Positions 19,336 through 27,055 of a DNA stretch of 32,000 nt are shown piece by piece. The translations under genes were made by a program, and so were the position numbers. Position 1 is the stretch's first letter. Every line of letters starts with the position of its first letter. The stretch lies in the NCBI GenBank assembly GCA_004284765.1, contig NQJD01000016.1:1-32000 (forward strand), given 5' to 3'. The notes under the pieces are model-generated. The model searched no databases. It was given only the letters and a program-made list of their open reading frames with translations, and was not told where the DNA came from. The DNA comes from Candidatus Electronema aureum. GTDB taxonomy: Bacteria; Desulfobacterota; Desulfobulbia; Desulfobulbales; Desulfobulbaceae.

Positions 19336-19955
19336 GATTTTTCAATCTCGCTCTTTGGTTTCAAACCAACTAATGCTTGGCTGAACATCACTTGAAGGGC
19401 GTTACGAACATCTTCTTCACTGAGCAATCGCCCGGAATACCAAGCAGAAAGGGCCATTAAATAAAGGGCGTAAAAATGGCCACAGGTCATAGTCAGCTCA
19501 ATATCTTGCCGCAGCTGCCCTTTTTCTTGCGCTTCTTTGAAAATGAGAACAAAGAGCTGAATGAATTGCTCTTCAATCTCCTGCGATTTTTCACGAGCCA
19601 AGGCTTTGGGAAAGATCATCTCGCGCATCAGAGTACGGCCAAATTCTTTATTCTTGGTGATATAGCGGAATTCATACATGAAGATCAGCAGCAGTTTTTC
19701 CTCCAGCAGCGCATTTACAGGAATTTTTTGCTGAAGTTCGAGATGTAGACAAGCCAATTCCTCTTCGGAAAAGGCCAGTAGAATGTCGCTTTTTGAGCTG
19801 AAATAGGAATAGATTGTCCCTTTACCAACCCCAGCAGCACGTGCCAGCGCGGCAATGCTAGTGTTTTCGTAGCCTCGCTCGCCAAAGAGAGTGATGGCAG
19901 CATCCATAATAGCGGCTTTGGTTTCCTGTTTCTTTTGCTCCCGCAATCCTGCCAT
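19332..19955 (-). CDS. TetR/AcrR-family transcriptional repressor
   Basis: 207 aa. N-terminal HTH: FGERGYENTSIAALARAAGVGKGTIYSYFSSK. It is the first gene of the efflux operon. Confidence 0.9.
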   Translation of the reverse strand: MAGLREQKKQETKAAIMDAAITLFGERGYENTSIAALARAAGVGKGTIYSYFSSKSDILLAFSEEELACLHLELQQKIPVNALLEEKLLLIFMYEFRYITKNKEFGRTLMREMIFPKALAREKSQEIEEQFIQLFVLIFKEAQEKGQLRQDIELTMTCGHFYALYLMALSAWYSGRLLSEEDVRNALQVMFSQALVGLKPKSEIEKS

Positions 19956-19993
19956 AATCTGTCCTTGAAGAAAAAAATAACGGTTTCGGTCGA

Positions 19994-20040
19994 ATTTGAC
20001 CCCAGTCGAAGTTTACGAATTTTTGCGGTCAGGGTCAAAT
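19994..20040 (-). promoter_or_regulatory. Candidate tetR-operon promoter bracketed by a 9-bp inverted repeat (possible TetR operator)
   Basis: Minus strand: TTGACC (20038-20033), 17 nt, then TAAACT (20015-20010). The arms ATTTGACCC (19994-20002) and GGGTCAAAT (20032-20040) flank it. Confidence 0.4.
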
Positions 20041-20252
20041 GAAAAATGACTACGGTCAAGTTTTGCTTAAAAACACTTCACAGTTTCTTTGCTGCAAAAA
20101 TTCCGTTTTTTGACGCATTAGAGCCTTTAGATGAACGCGCAAATCAGTTACCATGTTTTTGTATAAAAAATCTGTCTAAGCCTTGGCAGATTACTGATTT
20201 TAGAGTAGCATTTAATTCGTGCTGTTAACCCACCCATCAAAAAGGAGGAATC

Positions 20253-21977
20253 ATGTCCACCCCGCCTAAAAAACACGACTGTCCCATACTCAATCTCATC
20301 AAAGGCTGTGGCTGCCAGAGCAACACCACGTCCTCATCATGCTGTGGTGATGACCACAATCACCCGCATGACCATGTAACAAGTTCTGGTAATCAAGAGA
20401 AACACAGTCATTCTCACGATCATGCGCATGACAGCAGCCATACGCACAGTCATGAAACAGCCGCTGCGTCAACGCCTCCTGTTACTGTGCCCGACGAAGC
20501 TACTGAGAATGACGCAACACCCGCTATCAGCGCAGAGCAAGAAAAGGAGCTGCTGGCAGACTTGCAAGACTTCGATAACAATCCAGCGGAATTCATGGAT
20601 CGCTCACCGCGCAAACGGGTGGAGCAGGCAGGTGGCACGGACACGAATCTTCCTTTCTTTGACCAAGCTGCTATCGACAACAAAGCCTATGTTGGTGCCC
20701 GTGATGAGCTGCGGACCAGTTTTGAGGCTAATGATGCAGACCATGCCACTCGTGCTGCCTTTACTTCTAACGATCTGGCGCAGAACTTGGTTGACAGCTA
20801 CAGCTACACCAGTTTGCAAAGTATGCAGGCGAACAACCTGATGAACGTTCGTCTGAATAACCAGCCCTGGTCAGACGACTACTGGGCGATCTGCCGAGGT
20901 ATCATTGGCAAACGCTATGCTGATCCCGGCTTTCCTAAGTCCTCTGATTGGAACACGTGCCATAACTACGTATCGAGCCGCCCCGCTGCCTCTGTTCTTA
21001 CGAGCGGTAGCACGACGGCGATCAACAATCTCTCGCCTTCGGAAAAATACGACATCTTAGTCGGCGACAGCAACTACACCCTAACAAAAAAAATGTGGGC
21101 TGAAGGGGCTAAATTCGGAGGCAACGTCGCTCCTTGGATGGGCATTTGCCACGGTTGGGCACCTGCCAGCTACATGTTACCTCGTCCGACCAAGGCCATC
21201 ACTGTGCTGGCTGCGGATGGACACACCCAGCTGACCTTTTATCCTTCAGACATCAAAGGACTTGCCTCCCTGCTCTGGGCTAATGCCAGCCCTGGAACTA
21301 AGTTCATCGGGGGCCGCTGCAATGTTGAGAATCCGGCCAGAGATATCAATGGTCGCCTGATTGAGGCCGCTTGTTTTGACACTAACCCTGGTACGTGGCA
21401 TCTCGCCGTAGTCAACCAGATCGGTGTGTCCAAACGCAGCATGGTGCTGGATGTAACCTTTGATTATGAGGTTTGGAATCAGCCAGTGCTGGGCTATAGG
21501 TACCTCCATTTTAACCCGCAAAGCATGACCTACCAAAGCTCGCTGGCCGCCGCTGCTGTGTCGAGAGCTAACTACACCAGAGACAAGTTCTCCTCATACC
21601 ACAGCAACCAGACTGCCAGCATTGTTGGCATTAAAATGTTTGTATTGTACATGGTGGAGACCACTCCCAGCCACAACTCACCAGATAGTTCCGGCAAGGA
21701 CGTGATTAATGAGGTTGAATATATGTACGACTTGGAGCTTGATTTTTCCGGCAAAATCATCGGCGGCGAATGGCGGAGTATTAAGCATCCTGACTTCCTC
21801 TGGACTCCGACCAAAAGCAGCAGAGCAAGAACTAACTATGAACCCAGCGGAACGTGGCAGAGCGGTCAGTCTGTGCCTTCCTCGTGGAGATCAGCGGCTG
21901 TTTCCGCCTCAAACGCAGCCAAACCCGCACCTTTGGCTGCAATTGTCGAGCAATTGATCAGTCTGTCCAACAGCTAA
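20253..21977 (+). CDS. Protein with a Cys/His-rich metal-binding-like N-terminal tail and a C-terminal transglutaminase/papain-like Cys-His domain (resembles the GP42 'transglutaminase elicitor' family)
   Basis: Strong SD: AGGAGGaatcATG. Residues 1-70 contain 5 Cys (CPILNLIKGCGC...SCCG) and 12 His in HxH arrays (HNHPHDH, HSHSHDHAHDSSHTHSH). An acidic linker follows. The domain carries SPSEKYDILVGD, APWMGICHGWAPASY (Cys299 at 21147-21149), NPGTWHLAVVNQIG and EVWNQPV. Confidence 0.8.
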   Translation: MSTPPKKHDCPILNLIKGCGCQSNTTSSSCCGDDHNHPHDHVTSSGNQEKHSHSHDHAHDSSHTHSHETAAASTPPVTVPDEATENDATPAISAEQEKELLADLQDFDNNPAEFMDRSPRKRVEQAGGTDTNLPFFDQAAIDNKAYVGARDELRTSFEANDADHATRAAFTSNDLAQNLVDSYSYTSLQSMQANNLMNVRLNNQPWSDDYWAICRGIIGKRYADPGFPKSSDWNTCHNYVSSRPAASVLTSGSTTAINNLSPSEKYDILVGDSNYTLTKKMWAEGAKFGGNVAPWMGICHGWAPASYMLPRPTKAITVLAADGHTQLTFYPSDIKGLASLLWANASPGTKFIGGRCNVENPARDINGRLIEAACFDTNPGTWHLAVVNQIGVSKRSMVLDVTFDYEVWNQPVLGYRYLHFNPQSMTYQSSLAAAAVSRANYTRDKFSSYHSNQTASIVGIKMFVLYMVETTPSHNSPDSSGKDVINEVEYMYDLELDFSGKIIGGEWRSIKHPDFLWTPTKSSRARTNYEPSGTWQSGQSVPSSWRSAAVSASNAAKPAPLAAIVEQLISLSNS

Positions 21978-21993
21978 CCGTGTAATAAAAAAA

Positions 21994-22032
21994 AGCCTGT
22001 GCGACTCAAGTTGCACAGGCTTGCTCTTTCTT
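21994..22032 (+). terminator. Rho-independent terminator after the 20253-21977 gene
   Basis: AGCCTGTGC(gac-tcaa-gtt)GCACAGGCT followed by tgctctttctt, and preceded by an A8 run. Confidence 0.7.
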
Positions 22033-22059
22033 ATGATTAATTTCAGGCACAGGTGCTGG

Positions 22060-23070
22060 ATGATGTCTAATAAGCAGCATTACGCTCTTGTCATTGGTAT
22101 TAATGACTATCCTCTGAGCGGACTTGAGCCGCTTAAAGGGCCAGTCAACGATGCCAATGATTTTTATTCTTGGCTCTGCAACCCAGAAGGTGGCAATCTG
22201 CCCACAAAAAATATTCGGCGCATAGTCTCTTCCGATTACCCTGCGCACACTGCCTGCCCAACTCCAAACCAAGTGGAAGCCCTGTTTGAGCCGTTTATTT
22301 CCGATTATTATGACGGAAAAAAAGAGGGCGAACGACTTTACATTTTTGCAGCAGGCCACGGTTTCGGCGATCCTAACGATATGGGCAAGACCGCCCTGTA
22401 TGCGGCCAATGTCAAAAATATGTTTCCGTGGCACATCGCGGTGACAGAGTACGCCGAATGGCTACGCCGCCATGCGGTCTTTAATGAAATTGTCCTGATT
22501 ATGGACTGCTGCCGCACTATTAATGTGCCACATCAAATTAGAGAACCACAGTATGTGACCCTTCAAGGCAATGTGAATGCTGATAAAGTAAAATATTTTT
22601 ACGCCTTTGCCGTGGGAAGCGGCAGGAAAGCCCGTGAGCGACTGTTTGAAGATGGCAAAAACGCAGGTATCTTCACTAAAGTGCTTTTGGATGCTTTGAG
22701 AAACGCTCGACCAGTGCAGGGTGTAGTTACAGGACAAGCACTAAAAAACCATATTCATAACAGCATTTCCCGGTTTGCAGGCGACCATGAAGCCGAGCCG
22801 CCGGAAATCCGCCTTGATTCTAACCAAGACATCAGCTTCTTTAAGCGTAAGTCAGCTGGCACGGTGCCGGTCATGGTCAATATTCAGTCCTACAGTGACA
22901 CGGATATGCTAATTCTCTATGACGGTTTGTCTCAAAAAATCAGGCAGGAAGCGGCAACAGCTTCAGTGATGACGCTGGATTTAGAGCCAGGGATATACAA
23001 AGTCAAAATCGGCAACACGGGCCGTGAGAAACTTTTCGAGGTGCCGAACAATGAGCAAATCACCGTCTGA
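22060..23070 (+). CDS. Caspase-like (peptidase C14) cysteine protease with a C-terminal beta-sandwich-like module
   Basis: HYALVIGINDY...NDANDF...LYIFAAGHGF (His at 22357-22359)...IVLIMDCCRT (Cys at 22507-22512) is the classical caspase His/Cys dyad context. The start is uncertain: ATG at 22060, 22063 or 22033, all downstream of the terminator. The C-terminal ~70 aa carry LDLEPGIYKVKIG. Confidence 0.85.
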   Translation: MMSNKQHYALVIGINDYPLSGLEPLKGPVNDANDFYSWLCNPEGGNLPTKNIRRIVSSDYPAHTACPTPNQVEALFEPFISDYYDGKKEGERLYIFAAGHGFGDPNDMGKTALYAANVKNMFPWHIAVTEYAEWLRRHAVFNEIVLIMDCCRTINVPHQIREPQYVTLQGNVNADKVKYFYAFAVGSGRKARERLFEDGKNAGIFTKVLLDALRNARPVQGVVTGQALKNHIHNSISRFAGDHEAEPPEIRLDSNQDISFFKRKSAGTVPVMVNIQSYSDTDMLILYDGLSQKIRQEAATASVMTLDLEPGIYKVKIGNTGREKLFEVPNNEQITV

Positions 23071-24184
23071 GCAGATTGCCCTGACTGTCAGGGCTGCGGA
23101 CAACATGACCGAGGTTTTTCTTGCGGACAGTCGCTTTGAGCTGATTGCCAACGGCATCGGCAGGACAGAGGCTACTGTTGCGCCGGGTCTGTACAAGGCC
23201 CGCTTCCGGGTTGGCCAAGTGCAAACCGACAGCCTGATTGAGGTAGAGACTGGCGGAGCAAGCAAGATTTTTGATGGTACGGCAGTGCAATTTGCTTCGC
23301 CAGTGCCAATGCCGCAAACGCTGACATACCGGCAAGCCCAAGCTGAGGCTGCGCAACAGCTGTCCCGCGTAATTAACCTGAAACAAGGCACCGGCAGTCA
23401 GCTCTTTCTTTTCCTCCGGGGATTGACCGCAGAAGCCTCCCGCCCTTGGGTAGGCGTGTCGCTGCATGACCTTAGTGGTAAGCAATTCGCAGAAGCAGGG
23501 CAGGGTACCTGTGATACAGCTAACTGCTTTTGTGGCCTGAACATCGAGCTTGACCCAGGCACGTACCGTTTGCGGGTGGAGGAAGAGCCGGGCGAAATCT
23601 ACGAGATGTTTATAGTCACGCTGGCGGGCTGGCAGACGCAGGTCTTTGCCTTAGCAGAAACCTCGTGGCAGCCGGGTGTGCAGGCAGTACGAGCCGCGCT
23701 GCCGGATGCCGCTGTGCTGATGGCAGAAATCGACAAGGGTTTTGATCCGGCTAACCCAGCGGTGCGCCAAACTGAGTTGCTTCGGCTTGGTCTGATGCAC
23801 GGACGCAAGATTCTAACGGAAATAGGGCTGAAAAATCTGTTAGCTGGAACATTAAATCCGATGAATGCGGTTTTTATCGCTCATCTGCTGGCTCGGCGGG
23901 AGGATGAAGTTCTTCAGGCGTTGGCAGTGGATTTGGTCGGACACATCGACAGCAGCTTGGCCGCGCATCCTGATTTGCGAGCCGCCTTACTCGTACCGCA
24001 GTTCGTTACCAGCAACGAAACGCCGCCTATCTTTACCGCGCCGCCTATGCTCAACAGCAGTTGGCAGCTCATCACGCAGGCTGTTGACAAGGAAAAGGCA
24101 GTAATTCCATCTGGCTCACTCAACGAGCAGATCAAGGCCGGGGTGTTGAACACCGCGCTCTGGTTGTTGCATCGACTACCATAA
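23051..24184 (+). CDS. Uncharacterised partner of the caspase-like protease: two beta-sandwich-like modules plus a C-terminal helical region of about 190 aa
   Basis: The ATG at 23051 overlaps the protease stop (23068-23070) by 20 nt. The modules carry TVAPGLYKARFRVG and ELDPGTYRLRVEEE, paralleling LEPGIYKVKIG in the protease. I recognise no motif in the C-terminal part. Confidence 0.75.
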   Translation: MSKSPSEQIALTVRAADNMTEVFLADSRFELIANGIGRTEATVAPGLYKARFRVGQVQTDSLIEVETGGASKIFDGTAVQFASPVPMPQTLTYRQAQAEAAQQLSRVINLKQGTGSQLFLFLRGLTAEASRPWVGVSLHDLSGKQFAEAGQGTCDTANCFCGLNIELDPGTYRLRVEEEPGEIYEMFIVTLAGWQTQVFALAETSWQPGVQAVRAALPDAAVLMAEIDKGFDPANPAVRQTELLRLGLMHGRKILTEIGLKNLLAGTLNPMNAVFIAHLLARREDEVLQALAVDLVGHIDSSLAAHPDLRAALLVPQFVTSNETPPIFTAPPMLNSSWQLITQAVDKEKAVIPSGSLNEQIKAGVLNTALWLLHRLP

Positions 24185-24268
24185 GCATGGGCTTTCTTTG
24201 AAACATCAGTAGCTTTATGGTATAAGGCCCTGAGTAGCTTAGTAATGCATCCTGTTTTTTCAATAGAC

Positions 24269-24386
24269 ATAGGAGTTACGCAGTTGAAATGAAAAGTTCA
24301 ACCATTACAGCAAGTTGTCTTTTTATCGTATAAATCGCCAGTTGAATAAAATCAACGGGTTGGCAATCGAACTGCGTAACTCCTAT
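24269..24386. repeat. 118-bp element bounded by a perfect 17-bp inverted repeat, with two internal hairpins
   Basis: ATAGGAGTTACGCAGTT (24269-24285) pairs with AACTGCGTAACTCCTAT (24370-24386). Internal hairpins: GTTGAA-N8-TTCAAC and CCAGTTGA-ataaaa-TCAACGGG. The motif CAGTTGAA occurs twice. Confidence 0.6.
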
Positions 24387-24590
24387 CAAATACGAAACAG
24401 TGCATAGCCTCAGTGAGGAAGAGGTGCAGCAACATCTCCTGCGCAACGCCCTCATCGCGATCAGCCATGCGACCCGGTAAACGAAGGTGCGGGTCTTACC
24501 GTTGCCTGCCCCTGTGATCACCAAAGCCGGGCAGCCGGAATGAGTGACGGCTGATTCGGGTCACTGAGATCAAACTCAAGGCACGGAGAA
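24387..24590 (-). pseudogene. Decayed N-terminal fragment of a UvrD/Rep/PcrA-like helicase
   Basis: The minus strand reads ...PESAVTHSGCPALVITGAGNGKTRTFVYRVAWLIA (Walker A GxGxGKT; compare UvrD ...AGAGSGKTRVLVHRIAWL). It is preceded by an in-frame TGA, with DLSDPNQ in another frame. Downstream similarity (EGVAQEMLL..F.TEA) appears only in a shifted frame. The fragment stops at the inverted-repeat element. Confidence 0.5.
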
Positions 24591-24598
24591 TGAGCGTG

Positions 24599-25183
24599 TC
24601 AGAGAAACAGCTCTCTGATGTCTTGCCAAGAAGTAACCACAGGAAAGCAATGACCGTTTTGATTCCACGGCTGATTGAAGACTAAAGGCTGGATACCTGC
24701 GACATGGAGCTGCTGGCAGGTTTCAGCTCGGTCATCGATGAAACAGTCTAAGCCCTGCTCCAAGATGTGGCGGGCTTTGTCATCATGATCGCCCATTGCC
24801 ACAACCCGGACGTGTGCCATAGCTGACGCAGGCAGAGCTTGTTCAAACCAGTCTAAGACCGGGTGCAGCAGAGGCCGAGCTGTGATGACCGTGACCCCGG
24901 CGGTTTCTGCTAACTCGGTCAGTACGTCTAACGCACCGGGGAGAGGCTGTAGTCTTGTGCCAACGGAATCATGCAGAATCTTCCTAAAGATATCAGCTAC
25001 GGTTTCAGAATCAATGGGAAGACAATGCTCCACCTCGAAACGAGTGATGTCTTCCAAGCGGAAGCCGCACAGACCGTAGTCCTCACAGGCGATGCGCAGA
25101 AAGGCCTCTGCTGTATCGGCAATCACACCATCAAAGTCGAAACCAAGCCGGGCCGGATGAAGCCCGGCAGGATACACAGGCAT
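24599..25183 (-). CDS. HAD-superfamily hydrolase (possibly NT5C-like 5'(3')-nucleotidase)
   Basis: 194 aa. HAD motif I is GFDFDGVIADT. It has a later ...VITARP... segment and CFIDD (motif IV-like). The C-terminal FNQPWN is reminiscent of NT5C. Confidence 0.75.
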   Translation of the reverse strand: MPVYPAGLHPARLGFDFDGVIADTAEAFLRIACEDYGLCGFRLEDITRFEVEHCLPIDSETVADIFRKILHDSVGTRLQPLPGALDVLTELAETAGVTVITARPLLHPVLDWFEQALPASAMAHVRVVAMGDHDDKARHILEQGLDCFIDDRAETCQQLHVAGIQPLVFNQPWNQNGHCFPVVTSWQDIRELFL

Positions 25184-25192
25184 CGCAGAGAG

Positions 25193-25984
25193 TTACTTAA
25201 CTACCTTGGCATCTTCGACGATTGCGTCATACTTGTAGCCCGCACCGAAATCCTTGGCCTTACCCAAAGTTCCTTCAATCACCACGACAGTATCCTTTGC
25301 TGCTGTTTCTGAAGTGGTAACAACGAGATCGTGGGTGTTCTTCATCGGATCACCGCTACCGTCTTGAAGATGAATCCAGTTTTTGCCCATGATCTGCGGG
25401 GTGAACTTGACTACTTTGCCCCGCACTCGCACTTTCTGCCCATTTAACTTTTCAGCTTCGGCAAAGCATTGCTCAACCGTGCGACCAGTCTCACCCTCAG
25501 CTTTTTCGACTTTTACGTCGCTCGCTGGAACAACAGCCCGTGAAGAACCACCGGACATAGCTGCCAGCGTGGCCTCGTCAACAGGCTTGTCCATTGCTCC
25601 GGCTAACTTTGGTGTACCGCCTTCAACGGCAGGAGCAGCAGTGGTGGTGTCAACTAAACCCGGTGAAAAGATGATGGTCTCAAACTGTTTATTCAGAGCC
25701 TTAGACTCAAAGGCTTTCATTACCATACCCGGTTGAACAGCAACTTCTTGGCCCACTGTAACCTTGCTCTCTGGGATAGCTACCCACGTCTTGTCCTGCC
25801 CGTCCTCAACCAGTAGATAGGTGTAACCTGCCCCGGACATACTTTCTAACACCTTGCCTTTGATGGCTTTCTGTACTGGAGCAGCAGCGGCTTCAGTGGC
25901 AGCTGGCGCGATTTCTTCAGCCATCGCAGGATGAGTCAGCAACAGGGTCAGCAGCAAGGCGGCAGGAATGTATCGAGTGTTCAT
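25193..25984 (-). CDS. Exported protein with two OB-fold-like modules
   Basis: The preferred start is the ATG at 25984 (AGGAG 8 nt upstream); the track ORF extends to 26086. Signal peptide: MNTRYIPAALLLTLLLTHPAMA|EE. Modules: GKVLESMSGAGYTYLLVEDG...VAIPE... and VRVRGKVVKFTPQIMGKNWIHLQDGSG. Confidence 0.7.
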   Translation of the reverse strand: MNTRYIPAALLLTLLLTHPAMAEEIAPAATEAAAAPVQKAIKGKVLESMSGAGYTYLLVEDGQDKTWVAIPESKVTVGQEVAVQPGMVMKAFESKALNKQFETIIFSPGLVDTTTAAPAVEGGTPKLAGAMDKPVDEATLAAMSGGSSRAVVPASDVKVEKAEGETGRTVEQCFAEAEKLNGQKVRVRGKVVKFTPQIMGKNWIHLQDGSGDPMKNTHDLVVTTSETAAKDTVVVIEGTLGKAKDFGAGYKYDAIVEDAKVVK

Positions 25985-26228
25985 TGGCATGTCTCCTTGA
26001 AAGGGAATGGATACTAAGAAGCAGGGCATTGCGGCCCTTATTTTCGCACACCTTGTATTTATAGAAAATTGCCCGCACTCTGTCAACAGAACCCGGTTGT
26101 AATTGCTCTTACAGCTTCTTCTTTTTCAGGCGAGAGAACGGAATAGACAGCCTTCTGCCTTGTTTTTTCCGGTAAATCTTGTATAACCGTCTCGCAACTG
26201 CCAGAAACATTATAGAAGGAATTTCTCT

Positions 26229-26786
26229 ATGCCGCGTCTTTTCGTCCTCCATCTTTTTCTTACTCTCCTGTCTATCGTCTTCCCGACTGCCTCAAGTTTT
26301 GCGCAGATGAATACCATGCCTCAGTATGATAGATTTTCTTTTATGCGGGTCATGGTTTGGGTGGAAAGCGTCAACACGTTGCAAAATCCGCATATCGGTA
26401 GATTTGGACTGCATCTATTTGCCAAGGATTCGTTCTCCAATAGATATTTAGTTCATATCTGCCCACAATGGTATGCTGACAATCATCCTGATCAATTCAC
26501 CTTTAAGCCGGGCGAGCAGTTGATCATCTCTGGTTCGCGTTTTGCCACTGGTCTTACGGAGAACAATATATTTGCCGCAACCATCATTAACTGTTCTCGA
26601 AATAATTTGGAACTGAACGTGCGAGACCCTTACACTGGCAATGCCTTATGGCACAATCAACCTGATAATCTCTTGGAGAAAATTCAAGAAGTACAAAGGA
26701 GATTGTTCTCAAAGCGATCACAGGCCATACAAAAGAATATAAAAGAAAATTTCCCTGTCGGTAAACCTTCTTTGGTCTCTCAGTAA
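26229..26786 (+). CDS. Hypothetical exported protein
   Basis: 185 aa. Signal peptide: MPRLFVLHLFLTLLSIVFPTASSFA|Q. No motif recognised. Confidence 0.6.
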   Translation: MPRLFVLHLFLTLLSIVFPTASSFAQMNTMPQYDRFSFMRVMVWVESVNTLQNPHIGRFGLHLFAKDSFSNRYLVHICPQWYADNHPDQFTFKPGEQLIISGSRFATGLTENNIFAATIINCSRNNLELNVRDPYTGNALWHNQPDNLLEKIQEVQRRLFSKRSQAIQKNIKENFPVGKPSLVSQ

Positions 26787-26973
26787 GAGATCAAGATTCA
26801 GTCGTACTCTATCTCAGAAAATAACGGCAAACACTACCTCCTTTGCCCCAGCCTTCCTTTCTTTACTTTCAATTAATCACCTGTTTTTTCTGCCACATGA
26901 CTGCTAACAGAGGACTGTCTCGTGCGCCGCCTCTGCTCGCTATGCTGTCAGAGTTCCGTTTTTTGACGCAATA

Positions 26974-26993
26974 GGCCACTTCAAAAAGTGGCC
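26974..26993 (+). terminator. Hairpin GGCCACTT-caaa-AAGTGGCC followed by a T-rich tail; possible terminator of 26229-26786
   Basis: 8-bp perfect GC-rich stem, followed by catatcctttatcttctttt. Confidence 0.4.
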
Positions 26994-27055
26994 CATATCC
27001 TTTATCTTCTTTTCATAAGCTTAATAAACCCCCAATCAACAAGGAGAGAACCTTC

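Noticed and set aside
20170-20195. cTTGGCAGattacTGATTtt upstream of the 20253 gene, considered as a sigma54 (-24/-12) promoter
   Set aside because: GG is present, but the -12 element reads TGA instead of TGC and is one position out of register with TGGCAC-N5-TTGC. A similar TGCCACatgacTGCT at about 26893 lacks the GG. Neither is convincing.
22006-22434. 142-aa minus-strand ORF, together with the 23914-24270 minus-strand 118-aa ORF
   Set aside because: They are antisense to the caspase-like gene and to the 3' end of its partner respectively. The first would also start inside the terminator hairpin. Neither has supporting signals.
24269-24386. The inverted-repeat element, considered as a retron msr/msd or an integron attC site
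   Set aside because: There is no reverse transcriptase or integrase gene nearby. The GTTACGC and GCGTAAC cores occur in the order GTTRRRY...RYYYAAC, opposite to attC, each with a mismatch. The 17-bp perfect pairing lacks the extrahelical bases typical of attC.
26087-26228. Divergent intergenic region and other gaps (8455-8606, 24185-24268, 26787-27055), scanned for tRNA, riboswitch or small-RNA signatures
   Set aside because: I saw no cloverleaf-compatible sequence and no conserved riboswitch cores. Only ordinary hairpins and promoter-like AT-rich stretches were present.
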